A stretch of DNA of 64,000 nucleotides from SAR86 cluster bacterium. Its GTDB lineage: Bacteria > Pseudomonadota > Gammaproteobacteria > Magnimaribacterales > D2472. Positions within the stretch are counted from its first letter, which is position 1, and the number at the start of each line of letters is the position of its first letter. The stretch spans positions 15,823 through 79,822 of the forward strand of contig QOPE01000001.1 in NCBI GenBank assembly GCA_003331565.1, written 5' to 3'. The notes below the pieces were generated by a model, which saw nothing but the letters and a program-made list of their open reading frames with translations, ran no database searches and was not told the origin of the DNA. This document shows positions 28,371 through 38,403 of the stretch, one piece after another. A program made the position numbers and the translations under genes.

Positions 28371-29206
28371 GCAACGCTAAAACTATTAAAAAAGCAGTAT
28401 TGCCAGTCGCTGGGCTTGGTACTAGGTTTCTTCCTGCTACAAAAGCAATTCCAAAAGAAATGCTTCCAATTGTTGATACTCCATTGGTTGAATTTGCTGT
28501 TAGAGAGGCAATTGAAGCTGGTATCGAGGAAATAATATTTGTAACTAGTCATACAAAAAGATCTATCGAAGATCATTTCGATAGAAATCTTGAACTTGAA
28601 TTAAAATTATCGAGCTCAAATAAAGAAAGTTACCTAGATAAAGTTAATTTAAATGAGTATGAGGGCATCAAGTTCTCATTTGTAAGACAAAGAGATCAGA
28701 GAGGGCTAGGTGATGCAATCTCGCAAGTTTCTCATCTCATACTTCCAGATGAGTATTTTGCAATCCTGCTTGCAGATGATTTATTTGATGGTAATCCTGG
28801 AGTGACATCCCAGCTAATGGATGCATTTAAGTTGCATGGCAAAAGTATTATTGCAGTCAATGAGGTAAGCGAAGAGGAGACAAAAAAGTACGGTGTTATT
28901 AGTGGCGAGCTTTCAGGTAATCTTACAAGCATTGAAGAGATTGTAGAGAAACCGCAATCTAATCCTCCAAGTAATTTAGCAGTTACAGGAAGATACTTAT
29001 TGAGTGGCGAGATTATGGAGGAACTAAAAACTCTTGAACCAGGCTTTGGAAATGAAATCCAACTAACTGATGCAATCGCTAAAATGCTGCAAAAAGGTGA
29101 AATGCTGGGATTGAAATACGATGCATTAAAATTTGATTGCGGTTCAAAAGAGGGTTTTGTTCAAGCCAACATTCATTTTGCAAAAAAACAATACATAATA
29201 AGTTGA
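28367..29206 (+). CDS. galU: UTP--glucose-1-phosphate uridylyltransferase
   Basis: It has the N-terminus KAVLPVAGLGTRFLPATKAIPKEMLPIVD. Confidence 0.92.
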   Translation: MSNAKTIKKAVLPVAGLGTRFLPATKAIPKEMLPIVDTPLVEFAVREAIEAGIEEIIFVTSHTKRSIEDHFDRNLELELKLSSSNKESYLDKVNLNEYEGIKFSFVRQRDQRGLGDAISQVSHLILPDEYFAILLADDLFDGNPGVTSQLMDAFKLHGKSIIAVNEVSEEETKKYGVISGELSGNLTSIEEIVEKPQSNPPSNLAVTGRYLLSGEIMEELKTLEPGFGNEIQLTDAIAKMLQKGEMLGLKYDALKFDCGSKEGFVQANIHFAKKQYIIS

Positions 29207-30201
29207 GCGACTTACTCTTAAATCTTTTAAAATTTTTTAATCCAGAAACGTCACATTCGCTAAGTCTTTCATTGCTTAAAATTGCGCATAAATTGCATTT
29301 ATATTCCTTGCTAGGAATTAAATTTAATTTCAAAAACCAAGATTCGCTTGTATTCAAAAATTTAACTTTTAAAAATAGACTTGGCACGTCAGCTGGCCTT
29401 GATAAAAATGCTGACTACATTGAATGTTTAGGTGCATTGGGGTTTGGGTTTTTAGAGGTAGGAACTGTTACCCCTAGGCCCCAGATTGGCAATCAAAGAC
29501 CAAGAGTTTTTAGATTCAGTAAACATAATTCTGTTATCAACAGACTTGGTTTTAATAATAAAGGACTAGAGTACTTAGTTAATAACCTAAAAAGATCTAA
29601 ATATGATGGAGTTTTGGGGGTAAATATTGGCGCAAATAAAGACTCCGATGAAGAACAACGAATCAAAGATTATTTAACTTGTTTTAGAGCGGTAGCAAAG
29701 TATGCAGATTACATTGCCATAAATATATCCTCACCAAATACGCCAGGTCTTAGAGATTTGCACTCTAACAATAATATAGCTGAGCTGTTAAATGAGATTT
29801 CACTAGAAAGAGAAAAGCTAAATTATAAAAATCCAATTTTTCTAAAGATTAGTCCTGATGAGGATGAGAATACATATCAAAACATAATTAACTCAGTGAT
29901 TGAGTATAGTCTTGACGGTTTAATTGCTACTAATACAACAATTCAAAGAGACCAATCTAGCTCAAGATCAATCACAGATACTCAGGGTGGCTTATCTGGC
30001 AGACTACTATATGACAAATCTAATATAGTACTAAAGCAAATAGCCGATCATTCGAAACAAAATCTTCTAATCATAGGTGTTGGAGGAGTTGACAGCAGAG
30101 ACTCTTTCTATAATAAACTTAAATTAGGTTCATCTCTGGTTCAGGTCTACACAGGATTTATTTTTAAAGGCCCAAAGCTAATAAAAGCAATACTTGAGTA
30201 A
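29203..30201 (+). CDS. pyrD: dihydroorotate dehydrogenase (quinone), class 2
   Basis: Motifs are GLDKNADYIECLGALGFGFLEVGTVTPRPQ and NISSPNTPGLR. The TTG at 29203 gives an N-terminus co-linear with E. coli PyrD. The ATG at 29137 on the track would add 22 aa inside galU. Confidence 0.88.
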   Translation: MSDLLLNLLKFFNPETSHSLSLSLLKIAHKLHLYSLLGIKFNFKNQDSLVFKNLTFKNRLGTSAGLDKNADYIECLGALGFGFLEVGTVTPRPQIGNQRPRVFRFSKHNSVINRLGFNNKGLEYLVNNLKRSKYDGVLGVNIGANKDSDEEQRIKDYLTCFRAVAKYADYIAINISSPNTPGLRDLHSNNNIAELLNEISLEREKLNYKNPIFLKISPDEDENTYQNIINSVIEYSLDGLIATNTTIQRDQSSSRSITDTQGGLSGRLLYDKSNIVLKQIADHSKQNLLIIGVGGVDSRDSFYNKLKLGSSLVQVYTGFIFKGPKLIKAILE

Positions 30202-30204
30202 GTT

Positions 30205-30639
30205 ATGGAAATTATTATCCCTCTCTTAGTGATAATTTTTTTAGCTGGGTCAATAGGCTTCTTAAGACCATCAAAAAAAATGAAGTTTCTTGCTGAATTA
30301 AGAGTCGCAGCACTGAAGCTTGGATTCAAGATTAATTCATCAATTACATTAAAAAATAAGTTCAAAAACATGCAACCTAATCTGGTTTTATATCAGATAA
30401 GAAATACTACATCTATAGAAAAAGGGCAATTTGTAAGAGACGAAAATGCATTGAAATTATATGATCCATCATCATTAAAATTTGATCCAGATTTTGTAAA
30501 AATTGAAAAAAAAATTAATCAATTACCACAATCAATACTTGAAATTATTTTTTTTGAGTCCAATATAGCTATCCTTTGGGATGAAAAATTAGGTTTAAGT
30601 GAGTTGAAAAAAATTCATCATTCCATAAATAAGATTTAA
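30205..30639 (+). CDS. hypothetical membrane-anchored protein
   Basis: This 144-aa ORF fills the gap between pyrD and topA. It has an N-terminal TM helix (IIIPLLVIIFLAGSIGF). I recognise no motif. Confidence 0.5.
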   Translation: MEIIIPLLVIIFLAGSIGFLRPSKKMKFLAELRVAALKLGFKINSSITLKNKFKNMQPNLVLYQIRNTTSIEKGQFVRDENALKLYDPSSLKFDPDFVKIEKKINQLPQSILEIIFFESNIAILWDEKLGLSELKKIHHSINKI

Positions 30640-30657
30640 TTAAGAACAAAAAATTTA

Positions 30658-33252
30658 ATGCCATCAAGTCTTGTAATAGTAGAGTCACCAGCAAAAGCAA
30701 AGACTATTTCTAAATATTTAGGTGATGAATATATCGTTAAATCAAGTGTCGGCCATATTCGTGACCTTCCTAAAAAAGGTATTAAATCAGGCACCAAAAG
30801 AAATGTAATTCCTAAAGACCTGCCAGCTGATGAAAAGGCAAGATTAAAAAAAATTAATGAAAGAAAAAGATTAATAAATCGGATGGGAGTTGATCCTGAT
30901 AGTAATTGGAAAGCTACCTATCAAATTATTCCTGAAAAAGAGAAAGTAATTAAAGAACTTAAAACCTCTGCTAAGAAGGTTGAAAATATTCTCCTAGCTA
31001 CGGACTTAGATAGAGAAGGGGAAGCCATTGCTTGGCATTTAAAAGAGGCGCTAGGTCCAGAAAAATATAATTTTCAAAGAGTAAGATTTAATGCGATTAC
31101 CAAGGATTCAATCCTTGAAGCATTTTCTGATCCAAAGGAGATCGATCAGAACCTAGTCAATGCACAGCAAGCCAGAAGATTTCTTGATAGGGTGGTAGGA
31201 TTTGAGCTTTCTCCCTTACTTTGGGCAAAAATTGCAAGGAATTTGTCTGCCGGAAGAGTTCAATCAGTTGCACTAAGATTATTGGTTGAAAAAGAAAAGA
31301 GCATTAAGGAATTCAAACCTGAAGAGTTTTGGGAAGTGAGCTTTGTTGCAAAAGATTCTAATGACATCGAGATTAATTTTGATTTACCTAGAAAAAAAAT
31401 TGATCCGCTTCTATCAGCTGAAGAAGCAAAAAGTATTCAAGCTCTAATTGAAAATGCTAACCTTAATATTTCATCAATTTCACAAAGACCAGTTAAAACA
31501 AAACCAAAGCCTCCGTTTATTACATCTACTCTTCAGCAAGCTGCAAGTACTAGGTTGGGTTTTAATGTTAAAAGGACAATGAGGGTGGCACAAAAATTAT
31601 ATGAAAATGGTTTTATAACCTACATGAGAACCGATGCTCCTTCTTTATCAAAAGAGTCCATACAGGATGCAAGAGCATTTATTAGTGATGAACTTGACCC
31701 TAGTTATTTAACGAATGCTCCGAGAATCTATTCATCACAGGAAAATGCGCAAGAGGCTCATGAAGCTATTAGACCAACGAGTGCTTCTAGGAAACCCGGA
31801 ATGATAACTTCATCTTCAGATGAGGAGCAGCGATTGTATGAACTTATTTGGCAACAATTTATAAGTTCTCAGATGCCAGATGCAGAATATTTATCAACTT
31901 CAGCAAAAGTAAATCTGGAAGGATATGAATTTGTTGCAAGAGGAAGAGAGGTTGTTTTTGATGGATTTACCAAAGTCATGCCGCCACGTAAAGATGAAGA
32001 TGCAATTTTGCCCCCACTTGCAGAAGGAGATTCCTTAAATCTTGTCGATCTTAAAAATGAAAAGAAGTTTACAAAACCACCCGCCAGGTTTTCTGAAGCC
32101 GCACTTGTTAAAGAGCTTGAAAAAAGAGGTATTGGCAGACCATCAACTTATGCAAATATTATTTCTACCATTCAAGACAGGGGCTATGTATCGATTGAGA
32201 ACAGAAGGTTCTTTGTTAAAAAAATAGGAATGATTGTTTCAGATAGGCTAGTGGAAAGCTTCGATGACATAATGGATTACGGTTTTACTGCAAACTTTGA
32301 GACACAACTTGATGATATTGCGAATGGAACTAAGGATTGGATTACAGTATTAAACTCATATTATGAAGCGTTCCAAGATGATTTAAAAAATGCCTCTGAT
32401 CCAGAAATGGGAATGAGAGGTAATAAGGCAACTCCTACTAATATTAATTGTCCTCAATGCGGAACAAATAAACTAAATATCAGAAATGCAAGCAATGGAG
32501 TTTTTCTTGGATGTGCAGGATACAGATTGGAAGGGGATGAACAATGCAAAAAAACACTAAACTTAATTTCTGGTGATGAAGCTATAAGTGTTGATGATCA
32601 AGAAGAAGCAGAAAATTTAGTTATTAAAAAGAGATGCCCTCTCTGTGATACCAGCATGGATAACTATCTAATTGATGAGCACCATAAGTTGCATGTTTGT
32701 TCAAATAATCCTGACTGCAAAGGTGTCATCGTTGAAGAGGGCAATTTTAAGATCAAAGGATATGATGGCCCAACATTGGAATGTCATAAATGCGGAGCTG
32801 ATATGCAGCTTAAAACAGGTAGGTATGGCAAATACTTTGGTTGCAGCAACGATAATTGCGGTGCTACAAGAAGATTGCAAAGAAATGGAGATCCTTATCC
32901 AATATTTATGGATCCAATTGCATTAGAAGATCTTAAGTGTAAAAAAGTTGATGACTATTATCTTTTAAGGGATAGCCTTAAAGGGTTATTTCTAGCAGCC
33001 AGCCAGTTTCCTAAAAACAGAGAAACAAGAGCACCTTCTGTAGAGGAATTAAAGATGGCAGGTAGTCAACTACCGGAAAAACATCAATACCTTTTAACAG
33101 CTCCAAGTCATGCTGAATCAGGTCATCCATACATCATTAGATACAATAAGGCTGAAGATGTTCATTATCTTTCAGCAGAAAATGAAGGAAAAAAAACTGG
33201 AATTAGCTCAACATTTGAATCAGATACCTGGGTAACAAAGTCCAAAAAATAG
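30658..33252 (+). CDS. topA: DNA topoisomerase I
   Basis: It has the Toprim N-terminus (LVIVESPAKAKTISKYLG, ATDLDREGEAI), the active-site Tyr region (ITYMRTD) and several C-terminal Cys4 zinc ribbons. Confidence 0.95.
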   Translation: MPSSLVIVESPAKAKTISKYLGDEYIVKSSVGHIRDLPKKGIKSGTKRNVIPKDLPADEKARLKKINERKRLINRMGVDPDSNWKATYQIIPEKEKVIKELKTSAKKVENILLATDLDREGEAIAWHLKEALGPEKYNFQRVRFNAITKDSILEAFSDPKEIDQNLVNAQQARRFLDRVVGFELSPLLWAKIARNLSAGRVQSVALRLLVEKEKSIKEFKPEEFWEVSFVAKDSNDIEINFDLPRKKIDPLLSAEEAKSIQALIENANLNISSISQRPVKTKPKPPFITSTLQQAASTRLGFNVKRTMRVAQKLYENGFITYMRTDAPSLSKESIQDARAFISDELDPSYLTNAPRIYSSQENAQEAHEAIRPTSASRKPGMITSSSDEEQRLYELIWQQFISSQMPDAEYLSTSAKVNLEGYEFVARGREVVFDGFTKVMPPRKDEDAILPPLAEGDSLNLVDLKNEKKFTKPPARFSEAALVKELEKRGIGRPSTYANIISTIQDRGYVSIENRRFFVKKIGMIVSDRLVESFDDIMDYGFTANFETQLDDIANGTKDWITVLNSYYEAFQDDLKNASDPEMGMRGNKATPTNINCPQCGTNKLNIRNASNGVFLGCAGYRLEGDEQCKKTLNLISGDEAISVDDQEEAENLVIKKRCPLCDTSMDNYLIDEHHKLHVCSNNPDCKGVIVEEGNFKIKGYDGPTLECHKCGADMQLKTGRYGKYFGCSNDNCGATRRLQRNGDPYPIFMDPIALEDLKCKKVDDYYLLRDSLKGLFLAASQFPKNRETRAPSVEELKMAGSQLPEKHQYLLTAPSHAESGHPYIIRYNKAEDVHYLSAENEGKKTGISSTFESDTWVTKSKK

Positions 33253-33288
33253 CCTTTTAAAAATTTATCTTTATGTTAAGGTCAATAT

Positions 33289-33546
33289 ATGTCTAATTAT
33301 CTCGAACTAACACAATTACCAGACGGGACAATCGTCCTTAGAAGATCAGATGACCATGAAAATCCAATTGTTAAAATTGAATTTGGTAAAGAATCAAAAG
33401 ACTTTTTGAATGGGGAGGAGTTAGCTGTAGCTAAAGAAATGATCAGAGCTGGAATAGAAAGCGTGAGCGGAAATGTTATAGACTTCGACGAGTTTTTTGA
33501 TTCAAAAATGCAACGTGTTTCTAAGAAACCAGTTACTGTGCATTAA
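33289..33546 (+). CDS. hypothetical small acidic protein
   Basis: This 85-aa ORF between topA and lexA has no recognised motif. Its stop overlaps the lexA stop by 4 nt on the opposite strand. Confidence 0.45.
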   Translation: MSNYLELTQLPDGTIVLRRSDDHENPIVKIEFGKESKDFLNGEELAVAKEMIRAGIESVSGNVIDFDEFFDSKMQRVSKKPVTVH

Positions 33547-34151
33547 TTTTTTCTTATTAACCCTATACCGATACCTTCAACTTCTGCAGATTCGTTTCTG
33601 AGATCAATATGAATTGGATCGAAGTCTTTGTTAGCAGGCTTTAGCAATAATTTATGATTTTCTTTAAAAATATATTTTAAAGTAACATCATCTTCAGTTC
33701 TGACGACAGCCAAATCACCATTTTTGAAATCATTAGTTTTATGAATGGCCACTAAATCATCTTCATAGATTCCATCCTCTATCATTGATAGTCCTTTGAC
33801 CTTAAGAAAATAATCTACGTTTCTAGAAAATAAACTGGGATCAACATTAATTTCTCTTTCTATGTTTTCGGATGCCAGAGTTGCAGAACCTGCTGCTACC
33901 AAGCCAATAACTGGAATACTTGCACCTGATGAGCTTTTTTTGTTTTTAATGCTGATTCCTCTGGAAGAACCCCCAGCAATGGAAATGATATTTTTCTTTT
34001 CCAACGCGCGCAGATGACTCTCTGCAGCATTTGGAGATTTAAAGCCCAATTTTTGGCAAATTTCAGCTCTTGTAGGCGGGAATCCTGTCTTATTAATACT
34101 TTCTTCTATACAATTTAAAACTTTAGATTGTTGTGCAGTTAAATCTTTCAT
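33543..34151 (-). CDS. lexA: LexA repressor
   Basis: It has a winged-helix N-terminus (LTAQQSKVLNCIEESINKTGFPPTRAEI), the Ala-Gly cleavage site (LVAAGSA), Ser in KGLSM and Lys in TLKYI. Confidence 0.93.
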   Translation of the reverse strand: MKDLTAQQSKVLNCIEESINKTGFPPTRAEICQKLGFKSPNAAESHLRALEKKNIISIAGGSSRGISIKNKKSSSGASIPVIGLVAAGSATLASENIEREINVDPSLFSRNVDYFLKVKGLSMIEDGIYEDDLVAIHKTNDFKNGDLAVVRTEDDVTLKYIFKENHKLLLKPANKDFDPIHIDLRNESAEVEGIGIGLIRKN

Positions 34152-34162
34152 AATTTAAAAAA

Positions 34163-34182
34163 TACTATATATTTATACAGTA
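34163..34182. promoter_or_regulatory. SOS (LexA) box, one imperfect half-site: TACTATATATTTATACAGTA
   Basis: It matches the gammaproteobacterial consensus TACTGT-N8-ACAGTA, except that CTAT replaces CTGT in one half. It lies 12 nt upstream of the lexA ATG and 20 nt upstream of the divergent ATG at 34202. Confidence 0.8.
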
Positions 34183-34201
34183 TAAAAATTTATTAAACAT
34201 T

Positions 34202-35098
34202 ATGCAACCAGAACGTTCAAAACTAACTATAGGCATATCATCAAGAGCTTTATTCAATCTAAATAATAGTCATGAAATTTTCGTAAACGAAGGAGTTGAT
34301 GCCTATAAAAATTATCAAATTAAGAATGAAAATAAGATACTTGAACCCGGTGATGGCTTTAGCTTAGTTAAAAAGATTTTAAATCTAAATAGCTATTTTT
34401 CTGATGATCAAAGAGTTGAAGTAGTTCTGCTATCAAGAAACACAGCTGATACTGGCCTGCGAGTATTTAATTCAATTGAAGAATATGGACTCAATATTTC
34501 TAGGGCAGTGTTTTGTGGAGGAGAGAGCCCATACAAATATGTTGAAGCTTTTGAAGTTGATCTTTTTTTATCAGCTAGCACAGAGGACGTTAAGAGGGCA
34601 ATTGAAAATGGAGTTGCTGCAGCAAAAATTCTTTCATCAAAATCTAGACCATTGTCTAAAGACAAAGAATTAAGGATTGCCTTTGATGGCGACTCAGTAG
34701 TATTTTCTGACGAAGCAGAAAAGTTATTTGAGGAGAAGGGTTTAAAAGCATTTCTAGAAAATGAAAAGCAATCTAGGTCTCCTCTAAAAGCTGGCCCTTT
34801 TAAGTTATTTCTTGTTGAGTTAAATAAAATCCAGTCTGAATTAGACCCAGATGATTGTCCTATTAGAACAGCATTGGTGACTGCTCGATCAGCCCCTTCG
34901 CATAAAAGAGTTATTGAGACCCTGCGAGATTGGGGTGTCAGAATAGATGAGTCCTTGTTTTTGGGTGGGATGGATAAGGGGGAGTTTTTATCTTCTTTTA
35001 ATGCAGACATTTTTTTTGATGATCAACATAAGAATATTGAAGAGGCTTCTGATAAAGTAGCAGCAGGACATGTTCTATACGGTGTAAAAAATAAATGA
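34202..35098 (+). CDS. 5'-nucleotidase, cN-IA-like family (PF06189-like)
   Basis: The segment LRIAFDGDSVVFSDEAEKLFEEKGLKAFLENE...GPFKLFL matches my recollection of the bacterial cytosolic-5'-nucleotidase-IA-like family. Confidence 0.65.
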   Translation: MQPERSKLTIGISSRALFNLNNSHEIFVNEGVDAYKNYQIKNENKILEPGDGFSLVKKILNLNSYFSDDQRVEVVLLSRNTADTGLRVFNSIEEYGLNISRAVFCGGESPYKYVEAFEVDLFLSASTEDVKRAIENGVAAAKILSSKSRPLSKDKELRIAFDGDSVVFSDEAEKLFEEKGLKAFLENEKQSRSPLKAGPFKLFLVELNKIQSELDPDDCPIRTALVTARSAPSHKRVIETLRDWGVRIDESLFLGGMDKGEFLSSFNADIFFDDQHKNIEEASDKVAAGHVLYGVKNK

Positions 35099-35694
35099 AA
35101 ATAGCTTGCTTTGATATGGAGGGCACACTCACTCCTGAAATTTGGGAACAAGTCGCTCTTGATACTGGTATCGAAGGTTTCAAAAAAACCACTAGAGATA
35201 TTCCAGATTATGGTGAGTTGATGGATTTTAGACTAGATTTAATGGCATCAAATAATCTAGGCATTTCTGATGTTCAAAACGCAGTTAATAAACTTGATTT
35301 ACTAGATGGTGCAAAAGATTTTCTTGATGAGATCAAAGAGAGTTTTCAGGTTGTTATTCTATCTGATACATTTCATGAATTTGCATCACCTCTTATGAAG
35401 AAGATGGGTTATCCATTATTACTTTGTCATAATTTAGATATTCACCAGGATGGATCAATTAAAGGTTATAAACTTCGACATACCAAAGCAAAGCAACAAG
35501 CCATAGAAGCTTTTCAATCAATAGGCTATCAGTGCTTAGCGGCAGGAGACTCATATAATGATATTCAAATGTTTGATGTTGCAGATCATGCTTTTTTTAT
35601 GAATGCTCCAGAAAAGATCGTAAGGGAATTTCCTAAAATACCTTCCTTTAATAAATATGATGATCTCAAAAAAGCTTTTTTAGAAGTGGTATGA
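35095..35694 (+). CDS. thrH: phosphoserine phosphatase / homoserine phosphotransferase ThrH
   Basis: It is co-linear with Pseudomonas ThrH, sharing the HAD motif [45 protein letters not shown] and AAGDSYND. Confidence 0.85.
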   Translation: MKIACFDMEGTLTPEIWEQVALDTGIEGFKKTTRDIPDYGELMDFRLDLMASNNLGISDVQNAVNKLDLLDGAKDFLDEIKESFQVVILSDTFHEFASPLMKKMGYPLLLCHNLDIHQDGSIKGYKLRHTKAKQQAIEAFQSIGYQCLAAGDSYNDIQMFDVADHAFFMNAPEKIVREFPKIPSFNKYDDLKKAFLEVV

Positions 35695-36359
35695 AAATAA
35701 AAAAAGATTTAAGCCTTGGTGGCTATGAAAGGCCTAAACTTGAGGTTCCAAATAAAGAATCAAAGCTACTTCTCCATAGCTGCTGTGCTCCATGTGCTGG
35801 AGAAATTATGGAAGCAATTGCATCATCAGAGATTGAAACAACTGTTTTTTTCTACAATCCAAACATTCATCCCAAGGAAGAGTATGAGATACGCAAAGAC
35901 GAAAATAAAAGGTTTTGTGATCAGTTAGGCTTTGAATTTATTGATGCTGATTATGATAAAGAAAACTGGTTTGAGCGAATTAAAGGGCTTGAAAATGAGC
36001 CTGAAAGAGGTGCTAGATGCACAAAATGTTTTGATATGAGGTTTGAACGCTCGGCTTTATTTGCACATGAACATGACTTTCCAACTTTTGCTACCACACT
36101 TGGAATTTCAAGATGGAAAGATATGAAACAAATTAATGACAGTGGTCATCGAGCTGCATCAAGGTATCAAAAAGTAAACTATTGGGATTTTAATTGGAGA
36201 AAACATGGCGGCTCATCAAGGATGGTTGAAATTTCAAAACGAGAGAAATTTTATCAACAAGAATATTGTGGATGTGTTTATAGCCTCAGAGACACTAATA
36301 AATGGAGAATGTCTCAAAACAAGCCTCGCATAATTAGAGGTATTAAATTCTATAATTAA
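35691..36359 (+). CDS. queH: epoxyqueuosine reductase QueH (DUF208)
   Basis: It has the CCAPCA motif near the N-terminus, CxxC (RCTKC) and C-terminal YCGC. Confidence 0.8.
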   Translation: MKIKKDLSLGGYERPKLEVPNKESKLLLHSCCAPCAGEIMEAIASSEIETTVFFYNPNIHPKEEYEIRKDENKRFCDQLGFEFIDADYDKENWFERIKGLENEPERGARCTKCFDMRFERSALFAHEHDFPTFATTLGISRWKDMKQINDSGHRAASRYQKVNYWDFNWRKHGGSSRMVEISKREKFYQQEYCGCVYSLRDTNKWRMSQNKPRIIRGIKFYN

Positions 36360-36399
36360 TTTGGGAAATCGAATCCCGAGGGATTACAATACCTGCTCG

Positions 36400-37281
36400 A
36401 TGGAAAGTCCGGGTAAAAAATTCAGACAAGCTATAGCAGATAATAATCCACTAATGGTGGTTGGTGCAGTAAATGCATATTGTGCAAAAATGGCGGAAAA
36501 AGCTGGTCATAAAGCCATCTATCTCTCTGGATCAGGCGTCGCCTCGGCATCTTTTGGATTGCCTGATTTAGCAATCACAACATTAAATGATGTTGCTGAA
36601 GACTCAAGAAGGATCACTCAAGCAACTGAACTACCTCTTTTGGTTGACGTTGATACTGGTTTTGGTGGCGCGTTTAGCATCGGACGTACCATAAAAGAAA
36701 TGATTGCTGCCGGTGTTGCGGCAGTTCATATTGAAGATCAGGTTACTCAGAAAAGATGCGGCCACAGACCAAATAAAAGCCTTGTTAATAAAATTGAAAT
36801 GAGTGATCGAATTAAGGCCGCAGTTGATGGTCGGACAGATGAAAGTTTTTTTATAATGGCAAGAACTGATGCATATGCAACTGAAGGAATTGAGGGTGCT
36901 ATAGATAGATGCAAAGAATACATCGCTGCTGGAGCTGACGGGTTATTTTTAGAAGCTGTACATAGTTTAGAGGATTACAAACAATTAAAAGACGCGTTAC
37001 AAGTTCCTGTTCTTGCAAACATTACTGAATTTGGAAAGACACCACTTTTTAATGCAGAGGAACTTGCATCAGTAGGGGTAGATATAATGCTCTTTCCTTT
37101 GTCCGCTTTTAGAGCAATGAATAAAGCAGCAGAGTCTGTATATCAAGATATCTTTACTAATGGGTCTCAGGCAAATTCAGTAGAAAATATGCAGACAAGA
37201 GATGAACTATACGAGTATTTAAACTATCATTCATTTGAAGAAAAATTAGATGAATTATTCAAACGTAAGGGGAATAAATAA
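36400..37281 (+). CDS. prpB: methylisocitrate lyase
   Basis: It is co-linear with E. coli PrpB from SPGKKFR onward and has the KRCGHRP active-site loop. I prefer the ATG at 36400 because of the alignment. The TTG at 36361 (track start) remains possible. Confidence 0.9.
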   Translation: MESPGKKFRQAIADNNPLMVVGAVNAYCAKMAEKAGHKAIYLSGSGVASASFGLPDLAITTLNDVAEDSRRITQATELPLLVDVDTGFGGAFSIGRTIKEMIAAGVAAVHIEDQVTQKRCGHRPNKSLVNKIEMSDRIKAAVDGRTDESFFIMARTDAYATEGIEGAIDRCKEYIAAGADGLFLEAVHSLEDYKQLKDALQVPVLANITEFGKTPLFNAEELASVGVDIMLFPLSAFRAMNKAAESVYQDIFTNGSQANSVENMQTRDELYEYLNYHSFEEKLDELFKRKGNK

Positions 37282-38403
37282 ATGGTTAAGAAGTTAGAGG
37301 GAGCAGGGCTCCGAGGTCAAGTTGCAGGCGAAACATCGCTTTGTACTGTCGGGCAAGAGGAAGGATTGGCATATAGAGGTCATAAAATTGAAACTCTTGC
37401 TAAAAAAGGTACCTTTGAAGAGGTTGCTTATCTACTGCTTTATGGGAAGCTACCTAATCAATCAGAACTTGATTCATACAAAGAGCTTTTAAAAGGACAA
37501 AGAGACCTACCCCAGGAACTTAAAGAGGTTTTAAAAAAAATACCTGCCAGTGCTCATCCCATGGATGTTATGCGAACTGGAACCTCCATGCTTGGTAACC
37601 TCGAAGCAGAAGGAGACTTCTCAAACCAATTAAATTCAATCAATAGAATGGTTGCAACCATGCCTTCAATTGTTACGTATTGGTACAAGTATTCTCACGA
37701 TGGTGAGGATATCTCCTTACTTAATGATGAGGACACCATGGCAGGTCATTTTCTTAACATTCTCCATGGGAAAACACCTTCAGATTTATTTAGAAGAGTG
37801 ATGGATGCTTCGTTAATTTTATATGCAGAACATGAATTTAATGCTTCAACCTTTACAGCAAGAGTTTGTGCTTCGACTATGTCAGATATTCATTCATGTG
37901 TTGTTGCAGCCATTGGTTCTTTAAGAGGTCCACTTCATGGTGGAGCAAATGAAGCAGCTATGGAAATGATAGAAAATTGGAAAACAAGAGAAGAAGCTAA
38001 AGACAACATACTGAAGATGCTTGCCAACAAAGATAAGATTATGGGTTTTGGTCATGCTGTTTACTCAGAGAGAGACCCTAGAAACGCAGTTATTAAAGAA
38101 TTCTCAAAAGAGCTTGCCGTAGCTTACGGTGACGATAACCTTTATCAGGTTAGTGAAGAAGTTGAAACTGTCATGTGGGACGAAAAGAAACTTTTCCCAA
38201 ATGCAGACTTTTTTCATGCATCAGCTTATTTTTACATGGGAATTCCAACAAAACTATTTACCCCGATCTTCGTCATGTCTCGAGTAACAGGATGGACTGC
38301 TCACTGTATGGAGCAAAGAGCTAATAATAGAATTATTAGGCCAAGTGCTGACTATACAGGACCTGAGTCATCTGAATGGGTCAACATAGAAGATAGAGAA
38401 TAA
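37282..38403 (+). CDS. prpC: 2-methylcitrate synthase
   Basis: Citrate-synthase family features are GPLHGGANE and GFGHAVY. It sits between prpB and prpD. Confidence 0.9.
   Translation: MVKKLEGAGLRGQVAGETSLCTVGQEEGLAYRGHKIETLAKKGTFEEVAYLLLYGKLPNQSELDSYKELLKGQRDLPQELKEVLKKIPASAHPMDVMRTGTSMLGNLEAEGDFSNQLNSINRMVATMPSIVTYWYKYSHDGEDISLLNDEDTMAGHFLNILHGKTPSDLFRRVMDASLILYAEHEFNASTFTARVCASTMSDIHSCVVAAIGSLRGPLHGGANEAAMEMIENWKTREEAKDNILKMLANKDKIMGFGHAVYSERDPRNAVIKEFSKELAVAYGDDNLYQVSEEVETVMWDEKKLFPNADFFHASAYFYMGIPTKLFTPIFVMSRVTGWTAHCMEQRANNRIIRPSADYTGPESSEWVNIEDRE

Noticed and set aside
34408-35010. A 200-aa ORF lies antisense inside the 5'-nucleotidase gene. That is strikingly long for an AT-rich genome and could suggest an overlapping gene.
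   Set aside because: It lies wholly within a confidently recognised sense gene. In its frame, a stop arises only where a sense Tyr codon follows a codon ending in T or C, or a His or Gln codon follows a codon ending in T. That happens not to occur here. The translation is Ser-rich and low in complexity, with no motif and no start-site context. It is most likely a shadow ORF. Only ribosome profiling or constraint at synonymous sites could revive it.
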